Assembly: GCA_029287615.1 (NCBI GenBank)
Contig: JARFQV010000200.1
Location: 1-54,641, forward strand
DNA: 54,641 nucleotides
Direction of reading: 5' to 3'
Source of the DNA: Pseudomonadota bacterium
GTDB taxonomy: Bacteria > Pseudomonadota > Gammaproteobacteria > UBA9214
Part shown: piece after piece, positions 20,757 through 29,379 of the stretch
Layout of the letters: the number at the start of each line of letters is the position of its first letter
How positions within the stretch are numbered: position 1 is the stretch's first letter
Notes under the pieces: model-generated
Told to the model about the DNA's origin: nothing
The model's input: the letters and a program-made list of their open reading frames with translations, nothing else
Database searches by the model: none
Program-made: the position numbers and the translations under genes

Positions 20757-21716
20757 CTATTTCCAGTCTTCTCTGGGAATATACTTTGGCCAGCGGCGCT
20801 TGGTGCATACCCATTGACCCGGTCTCTCCCGTATCCAGGATTCGAAGAGTGTATTGAGATCCCGCGTCATCTGCAGTGCCCTGTCATTAACATCTGTCAG
20901 CGATTCATCCGGTTTCAACGGCTCATACAGTGTGAAGCGAAAGCGGCCCCCCGAGAGCCGCTCGATTCGTGCCGGAACCAGATCATATCCGAATCGCAGC
21001 GCCAGTTTTGCGGGATTGGTGGTTGCCTGCATCTCCAGTCCGAAAAAGGGCACCGGTTCACCGTTATCAAATCGCTGATCGACGAGCAACCCCAGAGAAC
21101 GTCCTGCGGAGAGTTCCCGTAACAGCGGCCGCATACCCTCCTCCCGGCTGATCAGACTACATTTCATGGCACGTCGCTGACGATATAACAGACGGTCGAT
21201 CCAGCGGTTTTTTATCGGTGTATAGACCACCGATATGGGTACGCCCATCTGACTGGCCACGCCGGCCTGTATCTCCCAGTTGGCGAGGTGGGCCCCAACG
21301 AAGATCGCGGACCGTGTTCCATTCCGGTATGCATCCAGATTGCATTGGATATCAGTCTCTATCCTTTTGCCTTCCCTGTTCCTGCTGATCGCGCGGAGAT
21401 GCGGATATTCCGCCAGAACCGAACCGATGTTGCCCCATATATCCACAATAATGCTGCGGATCTCCTCCGGTGACTTTTCCGGGAAGGCAAGGCCAAGGTT
21501 GTATTTGATAACCGCTGTCTTGTCGAGGCGGGGACCTGCGAGACGCATGACACGATTACCGGCTGCGGATGCCCATGATGTGGGCAAAACGGCACTCAAC
21601 AGCAAAATCAGGCCATAGAACACCGCCTCTATCGCTTGCGAGATCCCGTGCATCACGGGAGATCGCCCGATACGCTTGCGCAAGCGCTTGGACTTGACAA
21701 GAAACAGGTCTGACAT
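20757..21716 (-). CDS. Lipid A late acyltransferase family protein (LpxL/HtrB-like, PF03279)
   Basis: The track ORF starts at GTG 21770. ATG 21716 is preceded by GGAGAGGAGG. It has an N-terminal TM helix, the HX4E catalytic motif in FVGAHLANWEI, and a typical ~320-aa length. Confidence 0.75.
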   Translation of the reverse strand: MSDLFLVKSKRLRKRIGRSPVMHGISQAIEAVFYGLILLLSAVLPTSWASAAGNRVMRLAGPRLDKTAVIKYNLGLAFPEKSPEEIRSIIVDIWGNIGSVLAEYPHLRAISRNREGKRIETDIQCNLDAYRNGTRSAIFVGAHLANWEIQAGVASQMGVPISVVYTPIKNRWIDRLLYRQRRAMKCSLISREEGMRPLLRELSAGRSLGLLVDQRFDNGEPVPFFGLEMQATTNPAKLALRFGYDLVPARIERLSGGRFRFTLYEPLKPDESLTDVNDRALQMTRDLNTLFESWIRERPGQWVCTKRRWPKYIPREDWK

Positions 21717-22037
21717 CCCTCCTCTCCGGCTCAGCCTGTCCCGGTTGCTGTACAGATACCCTGACAGCACCCTGATCGTTCATGAAATGAAGCGGTTGGG
21801 CACATCACTTGATCGCATTATCGGATTCGTATAACCGCATTATCATATTCATAGATTAGCGGGGCCTCGTGATTGGCGGATTCCACGGCATCCGGTCCTG
21901 GACTGATTCCAGATCTGCCCGCTCCTCATTTCCCGTAATTTCGTGATAGAATTGGACATTATATTTCCGGTATGGCTGAATTCAACGGTGGCCGTGATCT
22001 GCAGATATCCCGATCATCATGACGAGGAACAGGCAAC

Positions 22038-22940
22038 ATGAAATATAGCGTATATATCCAGGCCAACGACAAACAGTGGCTCGGCGCACTGGTGGCGAGA
22101 TATGCGCTGGAACGCAATTCAGCGCACTCAGACAAATTCGATATCCATATTATGCACTATGACGATTATCCCTACCTCAACAAGCGGGTGGGTGATATCT
22201 ACCTGCGTGACGGTGGCAAGCGCAAATGGGTACGGGATGATCTGCAATCATTTACCCCGCTTCGTTTTGCGCCACCGCAGTTGATGAACTACGAAGGGCG
22301 TGCCCTGGTTATCGACCCCGACGTGTTCGCTGTCGCCGATGCCTGGGACCTGCTCAGCAGGGACATGGAAGGCAATGCAATCCTGTGCAGGCCGAAATCG
22401 GGTACCAAGGGCAAAAAGGGTTGCCTCGCAACCAGTGTCATGTTGCTGGACTGCGCACAGCTCAAGCACTGGCGGTATGAAGAACAGTTTAACGAGATGT
22501 TTGAATTCAAGCGGGATTACATGGGCTGGGTATGCCTGAAGTACGAAGACCGGGACAAGATCGGTCTGTTCGAACTCGCGTGGAACGACTTCGACCATCT
22601 CGATGAAAATACCAAAATGCTGCACAACACAAAGCGCAAGACACAACCCTGGAAGACAGGGCTGCCGGTGGATTTCCGTCCCGCCGATGCCTTCCAGTTG
22701 TTTCCGCCAAAACACTGGATCCGCCGCGCACGCCGCGCCCTGTTCGGTGACTATGGGTTTACCGGCAACTACAAGCCACACCCCGACCCCAATCAGGAGC
22801 GTTTCTTCTTTGGCCTGGTACGCGAGTGCCTGGACAAGGGAATCATCAGCGAGGATCTATTGCGCGACGAAATGAAAAAGAACCACCTGCGGCACGATGC
22901 ACTGGAACTCGTAGCGCATACTTCACCGCTGGCTGCCTGA
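22038..22940 (+). CDS. GT8-like nucleotide-diphospho-sugar glycosyltransferase (divergent)
   Basis: 300 aa with an ATG start and GAGGA Shine-Dalgarno. Its motif order follows GT8 enzymes: a DxD-like LVIDPDVFAV followed by DLLSRDMEGNAILC, then ATSVMLLDCAQLKHWR, then WNDFDH...MLHNTKRKTQPWK (compare the H..g..KPW motif). The assignment rests on motif pattern only. Confidence 0.45.
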   Translation: MKYSVYIQANDKQWLGALVARYALERNSAHSDKFDIHIMHYDDYPYLNKRVGDIYLRDGGKRKWVRDDLQSFTPLRFAPPQLMNYEGRALVIDPDVFAVADAWDLLSRDMEGNAILCRPKSGTKGKKGCLATSVMLLDCAQLKHWRYEEQFNEMFEFKRDYMGWVCLKYEDRDKIGLFELAWNDFDHLDENTKMLHNTKRKTQPWKTGLPVDFRPADAFQLFPPKHWIRRARRALFGDYGFTGNYKPHPDPNQERFFFGLVRECLDKGIISEDLLRDEMKKNHLRHDALELVAHTSPLAA

Positions 22941-23192
22941 GTCACAGAGACCAGGATCCTTTAACCGTCAGTCGATCAATCCGGATTGCGGGGGCAACGC
23001 CGTAACGCGATCCTCCTGCGTGCGCCTGATCTATTCCCACCTGCGGGCTCTGCTTGTGTGCCCGGTGACAAGTTACTCGCGCAGTGATAGCTTTCATATG
23101 CTACCTACCCCGCTCTTACTAATCAGGGTCTTCGCCAAATTGGGTGGGTCTTGCTTATAAGTGTGGCAAAATATGGCTCTCGCCAAGTCGCC

Positions 23193-23227
23193 AGGCACGC
23201 AAAGAGGTGCTTGTGTATTGCGTGCCT
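23193..23227. terminator. Perfect 10-bp stem hairpin between convergent genes (possible bidirectional terminator)
   Basis: AGGCACGCAA (23193-23202), a 15-nt loop, then TTGCGTGCCT (23218-23227). It lies between the 22940 stop (+) and the 23336 stop (-). No U-tract is present. A second small hairpin, GGCGCA-CTT-TGCGCC, lies at ~23263-23277. Confidence 0.25.
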
Positions 23228-23335
23228 AAGCGATTGGTTAGCAGGCTGATATCATTCATCCCTGGCGCACTTTGCGCCTCTGCGAGAGACACTATGACTT
23301 TGGTTTACCCAGCCGATTCGGGGAAGAGCCACAAA

Positions 23336-24217
23336 TCAATCAGCATCCCCGCTTGCAGAGCCATAGCCGAAGTAGGGTGAGAGCGTGTTATCGACCAGGG
23401 CATCGATCTGCTCCACCTGACTGTCATCGAAGTAATCCCGATACCCACCCACCTTGGCGCGGCGTACCTTGTAGGTATTCGGATTGTCCCGGTCCTTGGG
23501 AACCATCCGACCACCACTTAACCAGAACACCTGCTTTTGCTCCATCTTTTTCATGTTCTCATAGGATCCGAATTCAACCGCCTCGGCAATCTGGTCTTTC
23601 GTGGCCGGTGTATCCAGAAACTCGAGCAATGCCTCCATGGTGCCGGCGGGGTTGGAACGCAAGTCTTCATAGCGCACCAGCATGAAACCCTTCAGCTTCG
23701 GCGCCTCACGGGCCCAGAGGTTCATGAAGGCAATAATCTTCGGCAAGCCGGCATCGGGATCCATCACGAAATCGAATACCGACACATCCCTGCCCTCCTC
23801 CGGATACCGGTTCAGGAGCTTCTTGTTGGGCTTCATCCGGTATTGCCACTGAAAGAACTGGGATACAGCCACATCACGCGGATCCCGGGCCAGCAGCGCA
23901 ACCTTTTTGTCGTAAAAGTCGACCTTTGAATCACGGTGACCGGTATAGTCCTTGATGTAATTGTCATGGGTGAAAAAAATACGGGGAACCGAACGGTTCA
24001 TGTGATGGTAATTATCGAAGCCCATGAGATAGCGCTCCGGCAGGCCATGCATCAACTGGTACACTCGCGACAGCATGACCCGTAGCCAGGTGCGGCCGCT
24101 TTTCCCGAAGGAAACGATGACAATATCCGTAAGGTTCAGCTTGCGGACATCCTCCATGCCGCGCAGCCAGCGCTCGACCTCCATCTTGCGCTCTTCGGTG
24201 GAGAAAAACATCAGCAT
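23336..24217 (-). CDS. PAPS-dependent sulfotransferase (Sulfotransfer_1-like), paralog C
   Basis: The track ORF starts at ATG 24292. ATG 24217 has an AGGGAG Shine-Dalgarno and aligns with paralog A (MLMFFSTEERKMEVERWLRG vs MLLVFFLPERKRIAIERWLRG). The PSB loop is FGKSGRTWLRVMLSRVY and the 3'-PB motif is LLARDPRDVAVSQFF. By eye it is more than half identical to paralog A. Confidence 0.85.
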   Translation of the reverse strand: MLMFFSTEERKMEVERWLRGMEDVRKLNLTDIVIVSFGKSGRTWLRVMLSRVYQLMHGLPERYLMGFDNYHHMNRSVPRIFFTHDNYIKDYTGHRDSKVDFYDKKVALLARDPRDVAVSQFFQWQYRMKPNKKLLNRYPEEGRDVSVFDFVMDPDAGLPKIIAFMNLWAREAPKLKGFMLVRYEDLRSNPAGTMEALLEFLDTPATKDQIAEAVEFGSYENMKKMEQKQVFWLSGGRMVPKDRDNPNTYKVRRAKVGGYRDYFDDSQVEQIDALVDNTLSPYFGYGSASGDAD

Positions 24218-24405
24218 ACGGGCTCCCTTGCGGGAGGTCTTTTTCCAGACGGTGCGGCATAATTGCCGGCCGGCGTGAACGATATGAGGCATGATCTATT
24301 TCCCGGTCCTCAAACCGCGGTGATCGTGAAACCCGGGACGTGGCTCATCCATGAAAAGCTGCATGCGGTTTCACGCCACGGTTTCACTGCCACTTTGGCA
24401 GGTGC

Positions 24406-26001
24406 CTACCAGTCAGGCCTGTTGAACATTGGTTGCGCCTTGCCGGTTGGCGGTGGTCCCGGCAGGTCGTCCGGTACCGTCTCGGGGATCAATCCACCCC
24501 AGTCGGTGCGGTCCCGCATCTGCTCCTGGCGTTCCTGGGGAAGGATGTCGTTGCCGGCACGTATCTGCCAGCCACCACCCAGTGCCTTGTAGGTTGCCAC
24601 CAGATTCAGCACGATTTCACCACGGACATTGGTATAGCGGTCCTGGGCAGACAGCAGGGACTGCTGGGTATCGAGCACCCGCTGATAATCAACCGCACCG
24701 TCCCGGTACTGGATCAGGGCCAGGTGCACAGAACGTTCGGCGGCCTTGACGCTATCGACAAGCAGAACGGCCTGTGCATTGGTACCGGTGAATCCGGCCA
24801 GTCCGTCTTCCACCTCGCGGAGCGCCTCGAGAACGGTATTCTGGTAGTTGACCAGTGCCTCTTCGAGCCTTGCATCCTGGACGCGGACATTGTTTTTCAG
24901 CCGCCCGTAATTCAGAATCGGCCAGGCAAAGGAAGGGCCGACACTGTAGCCGAAGCTGTCCGACTCGAACAGGTCATCCAGATCGCTCTCGTTCGTGTCA
25001 CTGCTCAGAAAACCGATGGAACCGACCAGGCTGAACCGTGGATACAGTTCCGTCACCGCAACACCCACGGCTGCACTCTGGGAAGCCGCCTGCAGTTCAG
25101 CCTGCCTGATATCCGGTCGGCGACGCAACAGGTCGGCCGGTATTCCCACGGCGATCTCGGCCGGCGGACTGGGAATGCCCTTTTCCCCCTGCAGCAGGCT
25201 GGACAAGTCCCCCGGCGGCATGCCCAGCAGAATGCTCAAGGCATTCATGGCCTGGTGCAGCTGGGTTTCAAGTTCAGGGATCTGCGCCTCGGTACTGCGC
25301 AGCAGGGTCAGGGCCTGGGAGGGATCCAGTTCACTGACTGCGCCATTGCGAAACTTTACATCGGCAATCTGGTAGCTGCGCTCCTGGGTCTTTGCATTAT
25401 CACGCGCAATCGCCACCCGCTCTTCGAGGGTTCGGATCACCACATAGATCCGGGCGACCTCGGCGGTCACCGAGACCAGTGCGTCATCATAGCTTGCGAT
25501 CTGCGAACCCAGGTTGGCGCTGGCGGATTCCACGCCGCGCCGGAACCGGCCCCAGAAATCCAGTTCCCAGGAGGCATCAAAACCGGCGTTCACCTGCCAG
25601 TACTTGTCATCCAGAGCCGGATTGAAGTTGGGCTGGTTCTCGCTGAGCTTATCCCTTGTCAGCGCACCGGCTGCCTGCTGGAACTGCGGGAACTGCTGGC
25701 CGATAGCGATGCCAAGCTGGGCCCTGGCCTGCAGTATTCGCAATCCCGAGATCTGCAACGGCAGATTCTGCTGGTAGGCTATGTCGACCAGATCATCCAG
25801 TACGGGATCATTGAGCGCCGTCCACCAGTCATGGTTGAATTCGGCATCCTTCTGGATCCTGGCCGCGTCTTGTGCCTTCCATTCTTCTGCAATCGCCGCC
25901 TCGGGAGTCTGGAAGTCAGGACCCAGTGTGGTACAGCCGCCCGCAGAGAGCAAAATACCGGCCAAACAGGCACCTGCCAGCCTTTCCCTTGATCTTCTCA
26001 T
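24406..26001 (-). CDS. Efflux-system outer-membrane factor lipoprotein, NodT/OprM family
   Basis: 531 aa. The lipobox-type signal is ...LLSAGGC followed by TTLGPDFQTPEA, the standard NodT N-terminus. Two tandem OEP repeats are present. There is a C-terminal P-rich extension. Confidence 0.9.
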   Translation of the reverse strand: MRRSRERLAGACLAGILLSAGGCTTLGPDFQTPEAAIAEEWKAQDAARIQKDAEFNHDWWTALNDPVLDDLVDIAYQQNLPLQISGLRILQARAQLGIAIGQQFPQFQQAAGALTRDKLSENQPNFNPALDDKYWQVNAGFDASWELDFWGRFRRGVESASANLGSQIASYDDALVSVTAEVARIYVVIRTLEERVAIARDNAKTQERSYQIADVKFRNGAVSELDPSQALTLLRSTEAQIPELETQLHQAMNALSILLGMPPGDLSSLLQGEKGIPSPPAEIAVGIPADLLRRRPDIRQAELQAASQSAAVGVAVTELYPRFSLVGSIGFLSSDTNESDLDDLFESDSFGYSVGPSFAWPILNYGRLKNNVRVQDARLEEALVNYQNTVLEALREVEDGLAGFTGTNAQAVLLVDSVKAAERSVHLALIQYRDGAVDYQRVLDTQQSLLSAQDRYTNVRGEIVLNLVATYKALGGGWQIRAGNDILPQERQEQMRDRTDWGGLIPETVPDDLPGPPPTGKAQPMFNRPDW

Positions 26002-26148
26002 AGACTACTCCGATCTGACACTTTGTATATATCCAGCCCGAACACGGCCGACCCGGTAGCGGAATCCAGCTGAGGATTATAAACGCCGGCGCCCATTCCA
26101 TAAATCCCCATAGGGAGAGTGCTCCCGTAGAGTAAGAAAAGCATTCAC

Positions 26149-26556
26149 TCAGCCTCTGCCAAAAACACGCTTGACCTCGGGCCTGAACAGGTAGTAGACA
26201 ATCACCAGGGCGACCAGCAGGTGCGCAAGGACCTGCCAATTCTTCGCCTGTTCGCTGATCAGTGAACCCAGGTCACCGATAATATTGATGATCAACAGGA
26301 CAAGCATGGTTATCCATGCCCATTTCTTAAGCCGGAACAAACCATAGGCAAGCACGATGCAAAGCAGGCCGGCCACAATCGCAACGCCACCGATGATCGA
26401 GACGATATCCTGGTCCAGGCTGAGTTCAGGGTATTGAGAAACCGACTCGAGCACCCCGGAAGGGAACAATACCGATCCCAGCCCCGCCGCCAGCAGCAAT
26501 ACGCCAAAGACCAGCTGCAGGACGGCAAGTATGGTAATGCCAAGAGGCCTCTCCAT
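26149..26556 (-). CDS. Small polytopic membrane protein (about 4 TM), function unknown
   Basis: 135 aa and almost entirely hydrophobic helices. Its ATG overlaps the upstream stop (TAATG), which indicates co-translation with 26556-26882. Confidence 0.5.
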   Translation of the reverse strand: MERPLGITILAVLQLVFGVLLLAAGLGSVLFPSGVLESVSQYPELSLDQDIVSIIGGVAIVAGLLCIVLAYGLFRLKKWAWITMLVLLIINIIGDLGSLISEQAKNWQVLAHLLVALVIVYYLFRPEVKRVFGRG

Positions 26557-26882
26557 TACCGTTCGCCTTCATTGATTCTTTCCATCATCCCGGCACAGTC
26601 GCTTTCACTGCTCATCCACTTCATATCCTCTTCCTCTGCCAGACTGGTTCCCTCACGAATCTTTCGCACCGCATCGGCGATCAATGCATCGGCCTGATCC
26701 GGGGACAACATGCCTGCATCCCTCGCGCTGGTAACGGCCATGCACACACCGGCCTGTGAACCCACGACCAGGCCGGTGGCTGCGCCGAGCCCGCTGCCAT
26801 ATCCAAGCGCCAGAACACCACCGATCATACCGCCGATCAGCAGGCAAATCCCGGCGATCAAGAAGACGATCCATCCTTTCAT
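26556..26882 (-). CDS. Small glycine-zipper membrane protein with acidic soluble tail, function unknown
   Basis: 108 aa. Two G-rich helices are present (GICLLIGGMIGGVLALGYGSGLGAATGLVVGSQAG). An acidic C-terminal segment follows. Confidence 0.45.
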   Translation of the reverse strand: MKGWIVFLIAGICLLIGGMIGGVLALGYGSGLGAATGLVVGSQAGVCMAVTSARDAGMLSPDQADALIADAVRKIREGTSLAEEEDMKWMSSESDCAGMMERINEGER

Positions 26883-27097
26883 TCCATCTCTCCCGTACCG
26901 AATTATATCGAGCGGCTTGCTGCCTGAAGCGATGCCGTTCCAGCGTTCAGCCGGCCAGCAGACAGCTGGTTATATACGCCGATGCAGAACATACCCGGAA
27001 CCAGCGGGAAGATTGTAAATACCCGGTCCGATCATCCCGGGCCATCGGTTTCTCACCCTTGATAGGGTCAGACAGTCGCACATGGCTACCGCTTCAT

Positions 27098-29245
27098 TTA
27101 TTTCGCCGGGGGTTGCCCGTATGTACCTGGTACCAACCGCTCATCCACATCCACCAGTAACTGCGTATTGGACAGCGGCTGGTGAGTCTGTTGCTCATCA
27201 TCCAGCGGCAGCGAGACCTCGTTGGCAACCCACCAGGCACGTGCATCTTCCCTCGTCCAAAGGCCATTGTCGCGACACTGTGACATCAGTTCCACCAGTT
27301 CGCCGGCACTGGCGGGCCTCCGCCCTGGATCCTTGTCCAGACACTGCAGGATGATCCTCTCCAGATCCTCGGGTACGGGCTGGCGGGTACGTTGCGACGG
27401 CGGGACCGGCGCATCATGCAGATGACTGGCACAGATCTGGACCGCACTGTCGCCATCGAACACGTTATGTCCCGTCAGCAGGAAATAGCCGACGGCGCCG
27501 AGTGCATAGAGGTCACTTTGCGGACTCGCCAGACCCGGCGTGCTGATAATCTCCGGGGCCATGTACAAAGGTGTGCCAACCAGGGTATTGACCTGGGTAA
27601 GGGCGGGATCTTTCTCGCTGAGTTCCTTGACCAGCCCGAAGTCCAGCACCTTGATCACATCGTACATCCCGCCCCTTTCACACAGCATGATATTGGATGG
27701 CTTGATATCCCTGTGTATCAGGTTCTTTTCATGCGCCTCGTTCAGGGAGAAGCACACCTGTTGCAGGATATGGATAATCCTTGCCGCTGGCTGGGGGCCA
27801 TTGACCTGAACCAGGCTTTCCAGATTGATGCCGGTGAGATATTCCATGACATAATACAGGGTTCCATCCGGGCTCTGTCCGTAGTCGTAGACCGCAACCG
27901 TGTTCGGATTCGCCAGCCCACTCATGATCTGGACCTCATGCTCGAACCGGGCCTTGGCAGTCTCGCTGCGTGCATATTCCGGATGCATCAGCTTGACGGC
28001 AGTGGGTCGGCGCAGAAGGGCGTGCCGGGCACGGTATACTGCGCCATTTCCGCCATCACCAATCTTGTAGACCAGCTTGTACTGACCGAGTGTGCGTTCG
28101 ATCTGCGAGACGGCATTGCGCAGGTTACGGCGCATGGAACGTACCGCACCCAGAATCATCATGGCAGCTATCAGTATTCCCAGCCCCATGACACCGGCAA
28201 CCGCGAGATTGCGTGTTCGGTTGATACCGGAAAGAAAATCGGCCTCGGGTACAAGTACCGCTTCCCAGACCCGCTGATCAGCGCCGATATCATAGGACTT
28301 GAAACCGGCCCACCAGCCTTCGTGGTTGCTGGTAAAGGGAAAGATATTGGTAGTCCGCTCGAGCTTCTCCCATTCGGCGAAGCCATCATCCAGGACCGGG
28401 TGATTGAGATCGGCAACCGGTGCCAGGAGGCCACTGTTGATGGCTCGTTCATCCTGAAACCGTTCATCCGGTGGCAGGCCGACCAGGCGTTTGTCGTCGG
28501 ATACGACCAGTGCCATGCCATTCTCGCTTGGACGCAGATCCATAGTATAGCGGGAAATATCGGCTAGCAGGACATCGTAGGAGAAGACCGTAATATCACC
28601 GCTCTCCGGGTGTTCCCCCTTGACGGATACCGTTATCCCGGGTTTTTTATTCGTGTAAAAGGTATAGGGTTCGGTCCAGTGCACCACCCCGGGAGCAGAC
28701 TCCAGGGCACCGGTAAACCAGGGCCGATGGATTGGATCGAAGTCCGTGTGCCGCGTCCAGCTCTCGATCAGTTTTCCTTTTTTCCAGCGTTTCCATTGCG
28801 CATTCCGGTTATCGCCTTCCTCGACCAGGCGTGTCAGGTATTCTCCATTATCCCGGGTCAGCCTGAAGTGATTGTTCCCCTCAAGATCACTCATGGTAAA
28901 ACCGGTTACCTGAGGGTACTGATCCATGAACGGGGACAGGCGTCTTACCAGGATCTCCTCGATATCACGTTCGCCGGCATCCAGGGAGTGCAGGCGGCGA
29001 CTGGTCATCAGCAGGCTCTTTTCCAGCGGTCGGAAGAAGTGGCTCAGCTGCTGCTCGGTGGCAAAACTGCTTTTGTCAATCAGTTTGCGGGAAAGCGTGT
29101 CAACTATGCGTGCATCGAAGTACAGCATGATGGACATGCCAAGACCGATAATGAGCAGGGTCAGCAGGGCAAGATTCCGCAGCAGACTGCGCTGTTGCTG
29201 ACCGACACCGGTATCAATGCCATAGGTCGTGGCCGGGTTTTTCAT
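27098..29245 (-). CDS. Receptor-topology Ser/Thr protein kinase: TM, periplasmic Cache-like sensor, TM, C-terminal Hanks kinase
   Basis: 715 aa. TM1 is at ~aa 22-43. A ~300-aa extracytoplasmic region carries the Cache-type RPWF motif. TM2 is at ~aa 345-367. All kinase motifs are intact: GDGGNGAVY, AVKLM, HRDIKPSN, DFGLVK and GTPLYMAPE. Confidence 0.85.
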   Translation of the reverse strand: MKNPATTYGIDTGVGQQQRSLLRNLALLTLLIIGLGMSIMLYFDARIVDTLSRKLIDKSSFATEQQLSHFFRPLEKSLLMTSRRLHSLDAGERDIEEILVRRLSPFMDQYPQVTGFTMSDLEGNNHFRLTRDNGEYLTRLVEEGDNRNAQWKRWKKGKLIESWTRHTDFDPIHRPWFTGALESAPGVVHWTEPYTFYTNKKPGITVSVKGEHPESGDITVFSYDVLLADISRYTMDLRPSENGMALVVSDDKRLVGLPPDERFQDERAINSGLLAPVADLNHPVLDDGFAEWEKLERTTNIFPFTSNHEGWWAGFKSYDIGADQRVWEAVLVPEADFLSGINRTRNLAVAGVMGLGILIAAMMILGAVRSMRRNLRNAVSQIERTLGQYKLVYKIGDGGNGAVYRARHALLRRPTAVKLMHPEYARSETAKARFEHEVQIMSGLANPNTVAVYDYGQSPDGTLYYVMEYLTGINLESLVQVNGPQPAARIIHILQQVCFSLNEAHEKNLIHRDIKPSNIMLCERGGMYDVIKVLDFGLVKELSEKDPALTQVNTLVGTPLYMAPEIISTPGLASPQSDLYALGAVGYFLLTGHNVFDGDSAVQICASHLHDAPVPPSQRTRQPVPEDLERIILQCLDKDPGRRPASAGELVELMSQCRDNGLWTREDARAWWVANEVSLPLDDEQQTHQPLSNTQLLVDVDERLVPGTYGQPPAK

Positions 29246-29379
29246 GATGCTGTATTGTGGTTTCGGGTCATATTGACAGATCTCTCCTGCCTGGAACGGA
29301 TTGGTTACCGTGGTTCAGCCTATTCCCTTTCACGACCGGTAACACGAAGAATACCTGTCCCGTGTTGTATCACAGGCGC

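Noticed and set aside
20499-20857. Short ORFs (81, 62 and 68 aa) in the 340-bp gap between sulfotransferase 19359-20414 and the acyltransferase gene.
   Set aside because: They have no Shine-Dalgarno, they overlap each other on both strands, and their composition is atypical. The gap more likely holds the promoter and leader of the sulfotransferase, plus the solo repeat copy.
24433-25992. 519-aa plus-strand ORF spanning the whole OMF gene. Similar long antisense ORFs occur at 11812-12729, 12760-13593, 27392-28567, 29257-30138, 32594-33526, 37418-38104 and 44494-45483.
   Set aside because: These are typical stop-poor antisense frames of GC-rich coding DNA. Their products are R/G/P/Q-rich without motifs. 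In every case the opposite strand encodes a protein with unambiguous family signatures.
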